Assembly (NCBI GenBank): GCA_963803975.1
Contig: CAWDOY010000005.1
Location: 1 to 64,000 of the forward strand
Direction: 5' to 3'
Source: an uncultured delta proteobacterium
Lineage (GTDB): Bacteria > Desulfobacterota > WTBG01 > CAIYCZ01
DNA length: 64,000 bases
The translations under genes were made by a program, and so were the position numbers. Under the pieces are notes generated by a model. The model was given only the letters and a program-made list of their open reading frames with translations, did no database searches and was not told the origin of the DNA. Positions 53,061 to 63,254 of this stretch are shown piece by piece (position 1 is the stretch's first letter; every line of letters begins with the position of its first letter).

Positions 53061-53546
53061 ATGCATGCAGATGATGACGAGAGGGAGCGACCGAGCTGGC
53101 GGGACCGTGACCGGAAAAAAGACCGCAGCAGGCATCTGTCCCAGGACCAGCCGGCATACCGGCCAAAGTCAGCAAAAGCAGTGTGGGCGCAGAAACAGTA
53201 TCTCAAGGAAGTAGAAAACCTTTTCAAGGGGAAAAAGGCTTCCAAGGAGCATGCTGTCGCCCATGAAGAAATACACAAGTGTGCGGGAACAAAAAAATTC
53301 AATACTGCGGTTAAAAAATACCTTGCCGAGTATGATCTGCCGGATGACTGGAGCACGCTGTTCATCCTGCTGGACTATAAAGACCTTACGGTTGTCACGC
53401 GGGCTATTGCCGTTCTGAAGGATATGGCTCATGATGAGCCGCTCAATATACAGGAGGGCCTTAAAAGCAAACTGCGGATCATTGCTATGACCACTGCAGA
53501 CAGTGACCTGAGGGAATCTGCCGAAGAGGCGTTACAGGCTTTATGA
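53061..53546 (+). CDS. Hypothetical charged protein
   Basis: taaggag RBS; co-oriented downstream of crotonase. Confidence 0.7.
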   Translation: MHADDDERERPSWRDRDRKKDRSRHLSQDQPAYRPKSAKAVWAQKQYLKEVENLFKGKKASKEHAVAHEEIHKCAGTKKFNTAVKKYLAEYDLPDDWSTLFILLDYKDLTVVTRAIAVLKDMAHDEPLNIQEGLKSKLRIIAMTTADSDLRESAEEALQAL

Positions 53547-53576
53547 ACGGCCGGGCAGGACCGCAGTATGCGTGCA

Positions 53577-55253
53577 TCAATCTTCAAAGGTAATGCGATC
53601 CACCTCTTCCAGGGTGGTAAGACCCCTGAGAACCTTTGACAGCCCGTCTTCCCGCAATGATTTCATCTTCTGGGAACGCCGGGCAGCGTCACGGATAGCA
53701 GTTGTTGACGCATTTTCAAGAATCAGTTTCCGTATCTCTTCATTAATGGCTATCAGTTCGTAAATCCCGCTGCGCCCCCGGTAGCCGGTGTTGCGACACG
53801 CTTTGCAGCCTTTCCCTCGGTAGAATTCCCGCGCCGTGTCTTCCTTCAGATTAAATCCCTGCAGTAACTTCGGCGATGGCGTATAGGGCGCCCTGCAATT
53901 TGGACAAATGGCCCTTACCAGGCGCTGCGCCAGAACCGCAATCGTAGATGAAGCAACGAGAAACGGCTCGATTCCCAGGTGCAGCAGCCGGGCAAGCGCT
54001 CCTGCCGCGTCATTGGTATGCAGGGTACTGAACACCAGGTGCCCGGTCAGCGCTGCCTCAAAGGCCATTTCCGCTGTCTCCACATCACGCATTTCGCCCA
54101 CCATGATAACATCGGGGTCCTGGCGCAATATGGAGCGCATGCCGCTGGCAAATGTTATTCCTGCTTTCGGATTGACCTGCGTCTGCCTGATATGCGGGAG
54201 CCGGTACTCAACCGGGTCTTCGATGGTGATAAAATTTTTATCGATACTGTTTATGGAATTAAGCGCGGCATAGAGTGTCGTGGTCTTGCCGCTCCCCGTC
54301 GGGCCGGTCACCAGTATTATGCCGTAGGGGCTGGCCAGGAGTTTCTGATACCGCTCAAGGATGTCGGGCGAAAATCCCAGGTCCTCAAGACTCAGGACAC
54401 TCTTTGACTGGTCCAAAATGCGCAGCACAATATTTTCCCCGTAAATGGTGGGAAAGCTTGAAACGCGAAACTCAATGGCCCGGCCATCAGCGTTTATCTG
54501 AAACCCGCCGTCCTGCGGTGCCCGCGTTTCCGCAATATCCATGTTTGCCATTATCTTGACGCGGGAAATCAGTGCCGCCTGCAGGTGCTTGGGAGGTGAG
54601 ACGGTCTCATGCAGTATGCCGTCGATGCGGTAGCGGACCCCCAGTTTGTGCTCGTCAGGCTCAAAGTGAATATCACTGGCATTGTCACGCACTGCCTGAA
54701 AAATGATGAGGTTGGCAAGGCGGATAATGGGCGCCTCTAAACCCGCCTCCATCCCGGCCCCTTCCACGGTTACCTTCAGGTCACCTTCAAGGGCCTCTTT
54801 GACAATATCTTCAATAGATGATGAAAGGCCGAAATAGCTGTCAATGGCCCGTCTGATCTGCTCCTCGGAAGACACTGCCATATCCACCTCACAGCCGGCG
54901 GTCCTGCGTGCCTCATCTATTGCTTTGACATTGAGGGGATCAGCCATGGCAATGGTAAGGGTCGAGCCGATTTTAAACAGCGGGATGATGAGGCTGGAGC
55001 GGGCCAGGCTTTCGGGAATCAGGCTTATCACTTTCGGGTCAATGATGTAATTATCCAGGTTGACATAGGGAATCCCTGCCTGATCACCAAGGGTGGCTAT
55101 AATCCCTTCCTCCGTGACCAGCCCCATGCGTATCAGTAACTGACCAAGACGCAGGCCGGACTGTTTCTGCTGCACGATTGCCTTGTTGAGCTGCTCAGCA
55201 GTAATCAGCCCCTCATCAATGAGCATTTCCCCGAGTAGTTTTCTTTTTTCCAC
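53577..55253 (-). CDS. GspE/PilB/MshE-family assembly ATPase with N-terminal MshEN domain
   Basis: ASDIHFEP, GPTGSGKTTT, LRQDPD, TGHLVFSTLHTN, two CxxC; tandem LGxxL..G motifs at the N-terminus. Confidence 0.93.
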   Translation of the reverse strand: MEKRKLLGEMLIDEGLITAEQLNKAIVQQKQSGLRLGQLLIRMGLVTEEGIIATLGDQAGIPYVNLDNYIIDPKVISLIPESLARSSLIIPLFKIGSTLTIAMADPLNVKAIDEARRTAGCEVDMAVSSEEQIRRAIDSYFGLSSSIEDIVKEALEGDLKVTVEGAGMEAGLEAPIIRLANLIIFQAVRDNASDIHFEPDEHKLGVRYRIDGILHETVSPPKHLQAALISRVKIMANMDIAETRAPQDGGFQINADGRAIEFRVSSFPTIYGENIVLRILDQSKSVLSLEDLGFSPDILERYQKLLASPYGIILVTGPTGSGKTTTLYAALNSINSIDKNFITIEDPVEYRLPHIRQTQVNPKAGITFASGMRSILRQDPDVIMVGEMRDVETAEMAFEAALTGHLVFSTLHTNDAAGALARLLHLGIEPFLVASSTIAVLAQRLVRAICPNCRAPYTPSPKLLQGFNLKEDTAREFYRGKGCKACRNTGYRGRSGIYELIAINEEIRKLILENASTTAIRDAARRSQKMKSLREDGLSKVLRGLTTLEEVDRITFED

Positions 55254-55269
55254 AAACAGATCCTTTGTA

Positions 55270-56424
55270 TTACTGTTTCTTTACCGTAGAAGCCTGCAGA
55301 TACATTCTCACGCTATCTGCGACACCTTGTAAATGCGGCGGAGCGGTTTTTAAAAACTGCTCGAAACAGATGCGGGATTTCTCCTGCTGCCCCATGTCCT
55401 TCAGCAGCAAGCCATAGTTATACAGGGTCTCAGGATGTGCCGGGTTAAGCGTAAGTGCTTTTTGAAATACCTCCGCTGCCTGGGTAAAGTCCCTCCTGCT
55501 GCGCAGAGCAATGCCCATATTAACACACGTCTCAATATTGCCCGGATTGACCTTCACGGCACGCTCATAATAGTTGAGCGCTTCCGCTGTCCGTCCCTGG
55601 GCATACAGGCTCAGCCCCATGTTATTAAGCGCCTTCTCATGGTCAGGTGCGAGCTTCAGCGCCTTTTCAAAATAGTCCCGGGCCTGCGCGGCAGCTCCCT
55701 GTTCAAGGAGCAGAACCCCCTGATTATTTAATGAATCGGCGTTTTCTGCGTCACTCTGAAGCAGATTTGCAGCGCGTGCAGTAACGTCAGGCCGCGGCGT
55801 TTTTGCTGCGCTCCTTTGCTTCTGAGCGGCACCTGCTGTTGGCACTGCCGGTACCGTCCGGGCGGCTGGCTGCTGCATCGCCGGAGCATCTTGAGGCAGG
55901 GGCTTTGCAGGCGCAGGGGGTATGCGTTTGCTTGTCAGTCTGTCGGCATCTTCCTGCACAGCGGGAGAAGCCGGGGGTAGCAATACCTCGGGCTGCACAC
56001 CAGCGGCCATTGGCTGCTGTTGGTTTATGCTCCTGGCGCCGCCACTATTTTCGTCTTTTTGCGCTTGCTGAGCAACACCCGTCTCTACCGCCGGAACGCT
56101 GCCAATGGCAGGAGCGACCGTGACCGGCACGGCTTTAAGCTTTGGTGCCGGGGCTGCCGGTGAAGGTGCTTTCAGCGCCCCCTGCTGCATATACCATCCT
56201 GCTGCTGCTCCGAGTCCGAGCACAACCACCATGCCTGCTATAAGGCGCCTTTTCCCCGGGCGTGGCTCCTCGTGTTCTTCATTAAAAAATTCTGCGGGAG
56301 CATCATCCGCTTTTTCATAGACCTCTTCTGCGGCAACGGGCTGCGGCATTCCGGGGTGAGCGCCATAGCTGACGGTCTGCTTATCTTTTTCTAACTGCCT
56401 GAGAGCCTTTTCAATGAGGCTCAT
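55270..56424 (-). CDS. TPR protein (MshN/GspB-like N-terminus, TM, Pro/Ala linker)
   Basis: MSLIEKALRQLE, one TM segment, about four C-terminal TPRs. Confidence 0.75.
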   Translation of the reverse strand: MSLIEKALRQLEKDKQTVSYGAHPGMPQPVAAEEVYEKADDAPAEFFNEEHEEPRPGKRRLIAGMVVVLGLGAAAGWYMQQGALKAPSPAAPAPKLKAVPVTVAPAIGSVPAVETGVAQQAQKDENSGGARSINQQQPMAAGVQPEVLLPPASPAVQEDADRLTSKRIPPAPAKPLPQDAPAMQQPAARTVPAVPTAGAAQKQRSAAKTPRPDVTARAANLLQSDAENADSLNNQGVLLLEQGAAAQARDYFEKALKLAPDHEKALNNMGLSLYAQGRTAEALNYYERAVKVNPGNIETCVNMGIALRSRRDFTQAAEVFQKALTLNPAHPETLYNYGLLLKDMGQQEKSRICFEQFLKTAPPHLQGVADSVRMYLQASTVKKQ

Positions 56425-56448
56425 AAGTAGCTCCTCGCTCGATTTTCT

Positions 56449-58188
56449 TCACATTTCAAGATGCGGCACTTGATCACCATAAACCATGCGGTAGAATACC
56501 ATTCTGGTATTGCAGCCAATAATACCGTCTACCTTGAGGCCGTATTGTGTCTGAAGTGCTTTGACCGCTTTTTCCATCTGGCTGTCAAAAACATCAGTAA
56601 AAGGCTCATGCAGGGAAAAGTTGTTTGCGTTCAATGTTTCTTTCAGCAGGATAACCTGCTGGTGCACATCCCCGCGCTGCAGCCGCGACGGCAGGCTCAT
56701 AAACTCTTGCCATACATAAAAAGCTTTTCCTGTCCATTGTTCATGAAGCTTCTCAAGCGCAAGAGATACTCTGCCGTGCCGGGGATCAAGCAGGATGGCC
56801 TGATCATTTTTAATGCCGGCAAGAACCACATAGCGATACGCGGGATCACTCACCGGAATAATACAGGGGTAATCAAGCCGCTTGACCTGATCAAGCGTTA
56901 TATCAAGAGAAGTTACCGCGAGGCCGAAGACCTGCGCCACATCACTAAAGCTGAATGACGCAGATGTGCTGCGTTTTTGCAGCTCCTGCATCAGCTTTTC
57001 CTGCGGAACATCCCAGAGCCCGAGCAGGGTAGCAAGTGCTTCCGGAGCACATTCACTGACCCGGTCCTGGCGCAGGACCCCATCACTGTCAAACGCGCCG
57101 CTGCGGGGAGCACTCACCTGCTTGACAGTCGTTTCCGGCACCGGGACTGCTGCGGGCGCCGGTTTTGGGGCAGCTGCCGGAGGGGCAGCGGCGAGCAGTG
57201 CATCAGGCAGCTTTGCCCGTGCATAATGAAACCCGGCGCGGGCATCCCAGGTGAATTGCCCTATCCATCTCTGCGGAAGATCCAGTTTTAAAGGTGCCAG
57301 CATTCCCAGAAAAAGTGCGCTGATGATAATCCCAAGGATAAGCGTATAGACCGCATTGACTCTCATTGACACGGCAGGCACTCGTTCTACAGAAGAATTT
57401 TTTATAGCCTCCTGCACCATCCTGCCGGTAATTTTTTTTTTCTGCGCAACATACCCGGCCAGCAGCGCCTTATCGCAGATGAGGTTAATGGTGCGCGGGA
57501 GCCCGCCGGAAGAATGGGAGATCTTATCCAGGGACCGGCGGGTAAAGGTTATGCTGCCGTTGGCCCCGGCTTTCACCAGACGGTGGTAGATGTAATGACT
57601 GACATCTTTTCTGGTGAGGGGCTTCAAATAAGCCCATATCGCAATGCGCTGGTACAGCTGCCGCAGGGTTGTTTTTGAGAGTTTTTTAAGCAGCTCCGGC
57701 TGGCCGGAGAGAATAATCTGCAGCAGCTTTTCTTTTTCGGTTTCCAGGTTTGAGAGCAGCCGTATTTCTTCCAGAACCTCAGAAGAAAGGTTCTGGGCTT
57801 CATCGATGATAATAACGACCCCCCGGCCGCGGGCAGAGCTCTGCAGCAGACAGGTATTGAGGCTGTCAAGCAGTTCTTTTTTTGATACACCGGATGCCTG
57901 CTGACCCAGATCCTGCAGTATGGTCTTGAGCAGTGCGGTGGCGGTGTCCGGCGGGTTAAAAATAAGGGCTGTTTCCATCTGCCCTTCGAGCGCGTGGAGA
58001 AGAGACCGGCACAGCGTTGTTTTACCCGTTCCCACATCCCCCACCAGTGCCATAAAGCCCTGTTTTGCATGGACCCCGTAGAGAAGCTGATTATAGGCAT
58101 CGAGATATTGTCTGCTTTTGAACAGAAAGGTGGTATCCGGGACGTTGGAAAAGGGCCGTTCACTGAGGCCATAAAATTGCATGTACAT
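56449..58188 (-). CDS. ExeA/GspA/MshM-type AAA ATPase with C39-like and peptidoglycan-binding domains
   Basis: FYGLSERPF, GDVGTGKTT, IIDEAQNL, GQPEL, GLPRTIN, GLKVDGIIG. Confidence 0.9.
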   Translation of the reverse strand: MYMQFYGLSERPFSNVPDTTFLFKSRQYLDAYNQLLYGVHAKQGFMALVGDVGTGKTTLCRSLLHALEGQMETALIFNPPDTATALLKTILQDLGQQASGVSKKELLDSLNTCLLQSSARGRGVVIIIDEAQNLSSEVLEEIRLLSNLETEKEKLLQIILSGQPELLKKLSKTTLRQLYQRIAIWAYLKPLTRKDVSHYIYHRLVKAGANGSITFTRRSLDKISHSSGGLPRTINLICDKALLAGYVAQKKKITGRMVQEAIKNSSVERVPAVSMRVNAVYTLILGIIISALFLGMLAPLKLDLPQRWIGQFTWDARAGFHYARAKLPDALLAAAPPAAAPKPAPAAVPVPETTVKQVSAPRSGAFDSDGVLRQDRVSECAPEALATLLGLWDVPQEKLMQELQKRSTSASFSFSDVAQVFGLAVTSLDITLDQVKRLDYPCIIPVSDPAYRYVVLAGIKNDQAILLDPRHGRVSLALEKLHEQWTGKAFYVWQEFMSLPSRLQRGDVHQQVILLKETLNANNFSLHEPFTDVFDSQMEKAVKALQTQYGLKVDGIIGCNTRMVFYRMVYGDQVPHLEM

Positions 58189-58201
58189 GAACAGACACCC
58201 T

Positions 58202-58242
58202 TAAAGAGTTTGAGAGTTGCGGAGTTAAGGAGTTAAAAAAGT
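58202..58242. repeat. Degenerate octamer tandem repeat (..GAGT)
   Basis: taaagagt ttgagagt tgcggagt taaggagt taaaaaagt. Confidence 0.5.
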
Positions 58243-58295
58243 TACTGGTTTAGTGCTGCACATTATTTTGCCTTAACGGCTCAACGAATACATGG

Positions 58296-59969
58296 CTATT
58301 GAGAAGTTGATTGTTTCAATTTTTCAAGCCGCTGCTGCTCCGGAGCTGCTATCTCGCGCATATTCTCGCTGGTAACAACCTTGGGGGTGAGCATGATCAC
58401 CAGCTCTGTCTTCCGCACCTCGCGGGAGGTATGCTTGAACAGATACCCGAGCCAGGGGATTTCACTAACCAGCGGCACTGCGATTACATCTTCCGTCACT
58501 TTGTTCTGCATCAGGCCGGCAAAAAGAATGGTCTGCCGGTCATTGACACGCACCACCGTGTCTGTCTCACGCACATCAACAATCGGCACCTTGTCACCCT
58601 GCACTGATGTTGCCTCTCCCACCTTATCAGTAACACTGGGATGAATAGTGAGAGTAATAGTGCCGTCCGAGCCTATCTGGGGTGTTACCGCCAGAACCAC
58701 TCCGATACTTATAAAATTTACCTCCGTGGTGGTGTTTGATTCACCATACACTGTCTGGCGCGTGGTCTGGAAATAGGGGTCTTCACGGGCAACCTTGATG
58801 ATTGCCGGCTGATTGTTGAGGGTTGAAATTTTCGGGCTGGAGATAATGTTCACATCGCCCTGGGTGGAAAGAGCTTCAATAATATCATTCAGCGCCACAA
58901 TCTGGTCAGCCCCGCCGATGCGGAAAACCCCGCCGAACGGCTTTACCATCCAAGCGCCGGGAATCGACTGAGTTTGGCTGCCGGTTCCGGAGCCCCCGCC
59001 CTGATTGGTGTTGCTTGAGCCGGTGTATCCCAGCCAGGGGCTCGCGCCATTGGTTGCAAGGCCCCAGGACAGATTACTCATCTGGGGCAAACTCTGGATA
59101 TAGCCCCAGTCAATACCTGCCTGAAAGCTGTCTTGCAGATACACTTCAATAATTTGCGCCTCAATCAGTACCTGCCGCTGTACAGATCCGGTCACCATTT
59201 CCAGGTACTGCGCGATTCTTCTTAGTTGTGCCGGGTAGTCTTTTACCAGCACGGTGTTGGATGTCTTATGAACTATAATTGTTCCATCCGGTGATTTGAG
59301 GCTCTGCAGCCCCTTGTCTATTTCCTTCCACAGATCAGATTCATCCGCGGTGCTCACTTCGCTGTAACCGGTACTTGCCTGATCGCTGCCGGCCCCGGCT
59401 GAACCCTGTCCCTGTGTTCCTGTTGAAGTTCTCCCGCCAATGCCGCCGGAAGCGAGCCCTTTTCCTTTTCTCACGGTGGTAATATAGTCAAGGTAAAAAA
59501 TGCGCGTATCCAGGGACGGTTTGAACACCTTGATTAAGTTGCCCTCACGCCGGTATTCAAGATTTAATTGACCGCAGACCACATCAAGCACCTGCTCCAG
59601 GGTAACGCCCTTCAGGTCAATGGTAACCCTGCCGGATATTTTCGGGTCCACGACAATATTGGCATTAATCTCCCGGGAAAAAGCCAGCAGCAGGTCCTGA
59701 ATATCTGCGTCCCGCATCTGCAGGGTATAGGTTTTCTGCGAAGAAACCAGGGTCGCCCCTTTCTGCGGCATCACTATTTCTTTGAGATCAGGCTTTAACG
59801 TCTCTGCTTGTGGCCCCGGCGTCGAAGGTTTCTCCGCTTTTTTCGGGGGAGTTACACAGCTGCAGAGAAAAAGCATGAGCACTGAGAAAATAATTATCCC
59901 GGTATGCTGATGACCTATATGCAAAAATGTTTTTGCAGGTATTAGCGGGGTGCTTTGTGGGTTCCCCAT
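58296..59969 (-). CDS. Secretin, MshL/GspD type (lipoprotein)
   Basis: Lipobox-like LCSC, QVLIEAQIIEV, GIDW, SSPKISTLNNQPA, KTELVIMLTP. Confidence 0.9.
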   Translation of the reverse strand: MGNPQSTPLIPAKTFLHIGHQHTGIIIFSVLMLFLCSCVTPPKKAEKPSTPGPQAETLKPDLKEIVMPQKGATLVSSQKTYTLQMRDADIQDLLLAFSREINANIVVDPKISGRVTIDLKGVTLEQVLDVVCGQLNLEYRREGNLIKVFKPSLDTRIFYLDYITTVRKGKGLASGGIGGRTSTGTQGQGSAGAGSDQASTGYSEVSTADESDLWKEIDKGLQSLKSPDGTIIVHKTSNTVLVKDYPAQLRRIAQYLEMVTGSVQRQVLIEAQIIEVYLQDSFQAGIDWGYIQSLPQMSNLSWGLATNGASPWLGYTGSSNTNQGGGSGTGSQTQSIPGAWMVKPFGGVFRIGGADQIVALNDIIEALSTQGDVNIISSPKISTLNNQPAIIKVAREDPYFQTTRQTVYGESNTTTEVNFISIGVVLAVTPQIGSDGTITLTIHPSVTDKVGEATSVQGDKVPIVDVRETDTVVRVNDRQTILFAGLMQNKVTEDVIAVPLVSEIPWLGYLFKHTSREVRKTELVIMLTPKVVTSENMREIAAPEQQRLEKLKQSTSQ

Positions 59970-60000
59970 TTTTTATTCTCCTCTACAATAATTTCTTTAT

Positions 60001-60498
60001 TTAAAATTGAACAACGCTCTTCGGCAATACCAGCAGGCGGCGCGTCCCATTCTTTTCCAGGACCACCGCATCGCGTTTAATGCTGACTATTTTCTCGTCC
60101 CTGACCATGTCGCCTTCCCGGTAGATCTTATGGTTAATGGCGACTATTTTTTTTGTTTCGCTCATCAAAATCAGGGTCACCGTGAGTTCCTCCCCGCTCA
60201 TATCGGAAGAAACCGCTCTTGCGGCCTGACTTTCCTGCTGCAGCCACGAAGAGGCAAACGGGTCCCTGCCCCATCCGCTGACCGTTACTTTCTCTTCGGG
60301 CTGAAAACCCGGAGGGCGGGCATTCACCCCTTTCTTTTCATGAATGCCCGGCAGTGCCTGCAGAGCGCCGATCTGCGGGGGAGCTGAAAAACCGGCCTTG
60401 CTTCTCAGGGGAATGGTGAAAATGCTGATGCTCACCAGTATCACAAACAGCGCGGTGAAGATTCCAAGAATTATTGAATTTTCCTGTTTCAGCGTCAT
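60001..60498 (-). CDS. MshK/PilP-like protein
   Basis: TM segment, GRDPF, AINHKIYREGD; position before the secretin. Confidence 0.6.
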   Translation of the reverse strand: MTLKQENSIILGIFTALFVILVSISIFTIPLRSKAGFSAPPQIGALQALPGIHEKKGVNARPPGFQPEEKVTVSGWGRDPFASSWLQQESQAARAVSSDMSGEELTVTLILMSETKKIVAINHKIYREGDMVRDEKIVSIKRDAVVLEKNGTRRLLVLPKSVVQF

Positions 60499-60529
60499 GG
60501 TACTGTTTCCATGAAAACCTTGTTTTATT

Positions 60530-61081
60530 TCAAGAAATAAGTGTTTTTAATACCAGGTGGCAGGTAACCACCGGCATTTTTTCATCTCTTCGTATCTCAA
60601 GCTGATGGACGATCGTGAAAATAGGAAGTTTTTCCAATGCTCGTATAAAGAGCACCAGGGTCCGGAAATCGCTGCGCAATTGCATATCAATAACAACCTG
60701 CCGGTATTGCGTATGGCCGGCTGCTGCCGGCAGTGTTTGTTCTTCCTGCGGCTTAAGGGAAATAACTTCCATATTGAACTTTTGACACTGCAGCGCGAGC
60801 TGTTCCAGAAACTGGACAAAGCTTTCTCTGGTTGAAAATTTCTCTTCATAGAAGGAAAGCTTTTTCTCCAGCCTGCTGACGTCGGAAGCGACCTGCGTGC
60901 CGCCCGTTAAAAACGCTGCGGTCTCCTGCAGTTTCTGGTCAAGAGACGCAAGCTCTGTTGTTACGGTGGCATGCTCGCTGAGTTTCGGGCTGTAGAGAAA
61001 AAAGTCGAACAAAAAGTAGAGCACCACCAGCAAAGAAGTGAACGAGATGATTGTTTCGCGCGGCGAAAGTTTAATTTTCAT
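60530..61081 (-). CDS. PilO/MshJ-like protein
   Basis: LSPRE, TM, coiled coil, DFRTLVLFIRALEKLP. Confidence 0.75.
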   Translation of the reverse strand: MKIKLSPRETIISFTSLLVVLYFLFDFFLYSPKLSEHATVTTELASLDQKLQETAAFLTGGTQVASDVSRLEKKLSFYEEKFSTRESFVQFLEQLALQCQKFNMEVISLKPQEEQTLPAAAGHTQYRQVVIDMQLRSDFRTLVLFIRALEKLPIFTIVHQLEIRRDEKMPVVTCHLVLKTLIS

Positions 61082-61245
61082 TATTGATGCTCTTGTAAAA
61101 AGTAGAAAAACCTCCCTCTCCCTTTACGGGAGAGGGTTGGGGTGAGGGGGACAAACAAGTAATTACAGTATATTATTGCTCCCCCTCCCCTTAATCCCCT
61201 CCCACCAGGGGAGGGGAAATTGCCTTTTTACGGCTTCGTCATTAT
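61081..61245. mobile_element. MITE-like element with internal GC-rich hairpins and TTAT target duplication
   Basis: Ends tgatgctcttgtaaaaag and ctttttacggcttcgtca; cattattga on both flanks; internal ccctctccc..gggagaggg and cccctccc..gggagggg. Confidence 0.65.
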
Positions 61246-61258
61246 TGAACCCGCCGGT

Positions 61259-62983
61259 TTAAAATGTGCCAGCGTCCAGCGGACATGAAAACACAAACCG
61301 TGAAGCTGGTTTCCCCAAATCAGTAACCTTTTCCGTTGAGACGAGCATTACCTTCTTAAAGTAGGCGCTGTTTTCCAACCCGCTGGTTATCTGCACCACG
61401 GTTGTCAGCACCTGGGAATCATCGCCAAACACAACGCCCTCCAGCCTGAGCTTCATGACTAATTCCTTATCAGCTGGAGCTGGTGCTGCGGCGGAAACTG
61501 ATGGGGAGCCTGTTTCCAGCGCAATGCTTTGCAGCACCGTGTTCTCCGGCAGGATGCGCGTGAGAGAACTGAGGATTTCCGAGAACTGGGGCTGCTCAAA
61601 AGAAAAGTCAGGAACCTGGGAGAGCCGCTGTTTTAAATTTTCTTTTTTTTCATTAAGACGAAGCATCTCTTCCATATAGGACTTAAGCGAGGAGAACTGG
61701 GATTTTTTAGTGTTCAGCTCTTCCCGTGAAACCGCAACCGAGCGGTATGAATAGAGATACATTGTCGCGAGGGAGGAGAAGAATATAATTAAAAGCAGCA
61801 GCGGAAGCCAGTTGCGGAGCTGGGCCGTTTCCAGCATACCGGGGCGCGGCGGAAGAAAATTTATATCCCTGCAGCGGCCCGCCGACAAACCCAGCGCCAC
61901 TGAGAGGCGGGGCTTGTGCTGCTGAAACGCAGTGTCGTTTTGCAGATGCCCGGGAACAGGCAGTGCTGCAAACGGGTCCATGACTGACACGTCGATGCCC
62001 AGTCCACTGGAGAGAAATGCTGCGAGATTTTTAAAACCGGCACCGCCGCCGCAGAGAAGAATCGTATCGACACGCTTCTCACGCCCCTGGGCTTTGTAAA
62101 CATCAAATGACCTGAGCGCTTCAGTGCTGAGGCGCTCAAGCACCGGACGGATTATAAACATAATTCTGGAGAGCGGAAGACCTGCAGGGGTTACCTCCTG
62201 GCCGCCGCCCATGGGGATGCCGTACTTTTTTTTGATTGCTTCAGCCTCTTCAACGCTTAAGGCAAACTGCTTTCCTTCAACAGCAACCGGCTCCATAAGA
62301 GCCCGGGTAAAATCATTGCCGCCGGTTGCGATCTCCCGGGCAAATTGCAGCTCTCCTGCCTTGAGAATGGCAATGGTTGTCCCTTCGGCACCGATATCAA
62401 GCACGGCAACGGTCTTGCCACGATACCTGTCCCCGGTGAGCTGAAAGGCGTATTGCAGCGAGAAGGGGACCGCATCGATACCCGCTGCTGAATAGCCTGC
62501 CTGCTCCAGTAAAGAAAGCTCCTGGTCCATGAATTTATTCAGCACTGCTGCGGTTATAAGATCAAGGTCAGGGGTTTCTGCAGAGATACCGGCAATTTTT
62601 TTATAGACGACCCGGGCCTCGTCCAAGGGGAAGGGGAAATATTTTTTACCCTGCCAGCGAATTGCCGCCAGCATCTCCTGGTCAGGCATGGGTGGCAGTT
62701 TTATGCGCTGCAGGTTGACCGAGGGACCGGAAAAGGAAAGATAAATATCTGCGGAGGAGCTGCTGCAGCGGGCCAGCAGTTGTTTAATTAACGGAGCAAT
62801 GGAGGCTGCATCCCGTGAGGCTTTGCCTTGCAGTGCGGAGGGTATCTCAACAATACCATACTGTAACAGCTGCACTTTCCCGCCGGACACACGGGTCTCA
62901 ACCATCTTTAGGGTATGGCTCCCGAGCTCGATCCCTATCGAGTGTGCAGCTTTTTTTGAAAATGAAAACAGTTTAGCAGCCAT
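61259..62983 (-). CDS. PilM-PilN fusion (MshI-like)
   Basis: IGIELGSH.LK, LDIGA, GGNDFT, LCGGGA, then INFLP + TM + coiled coil + LEGV..LENS.YF. Confidence 0.85.
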   Translation of the reverse strand: MAAKLFSFSKKAAHSIGIELGSHTLKMVETRVSGGKVQLLQYGIVEIPSALQGKASRDAASIAPLIKQLLARCSSSSADIYLSFSGPSVNLQRIKLPPMPDQEMLAAIRWQGKKYFPFPLDEARVVYKKIAGISAETPDLDLITAAVLNKFMDQELSLLEQAGYSAAGIDAVPFSLQYAFQLTGDRYRGKTVAVLDIGAEGTTIAILKAGELQFAREIATGGNDFTRALMEPVAVEGKQFALSVEEAEAIKKKYGIPMGGGQEVTPAGLPLSRIMFIIRPVLERLSTEALRSFDVYKAQGREKRVDTILLCGGGAGFKNLAAFLSSGLGIDVSVMDPFAALPVPGHLQNDTAFQQHKPRLSVALGLSAGRCRDINFLPPRPGMLETAQLRNWLPLLLLIIFFSSLATMYLYSYRSVAVSREELNTKKSQFSSLKSYMEEMLRLNEKKENLKQRLSQVPDFSFEQPQFSEILSSLTRILPENTVLQSIALETGSPSVSAAAPAPADKELVMKLRLEGVVFGDDSQVLTTVVQITSGLENSAYFKKVMLVSTEKVTDLGKPASRFVFSCPLDAGTF

Positions 62984-63065
62984 GCAATAAATCTCAGCCT
63001 ATATGTATCTACTATTGCCTATTTGCCTTGCTTGCCTGTTCGCCGTAGCCTTGTGCGAAGGCGGG

Positions 63066-63254
63066 TTACCCATGACTTGTTACTGTGCGTATCAAAGTTT
63101 TCAGGCTATCGACCTTATAAAGGCGATAGCCATTGATGGGATGCCGCACTGCTTTGAGCTTCCCGAGTTTGTCCCAGCGCCTGAGTGTCGCCTCACATAC
63201 CCCGAGCATCTTTGCAGCTTCCCGTATGGTGATGTAATTGTTGAAATTTTCCAC
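63066..63254 (-). CDS. Small MerR/excisionase-like HTH protein (BldC-like)
   Basis: ITIREAAKMLGVCEATLRRWDKLGKL..RHPINGYRLY. Confidence 0.85.
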   Translation of the reverse strand: MENFNNYITIREAAKMLGVCEATLRRWDKLGKLKAVRHPINGYRLYKVDSLKTLIRTVTSHG

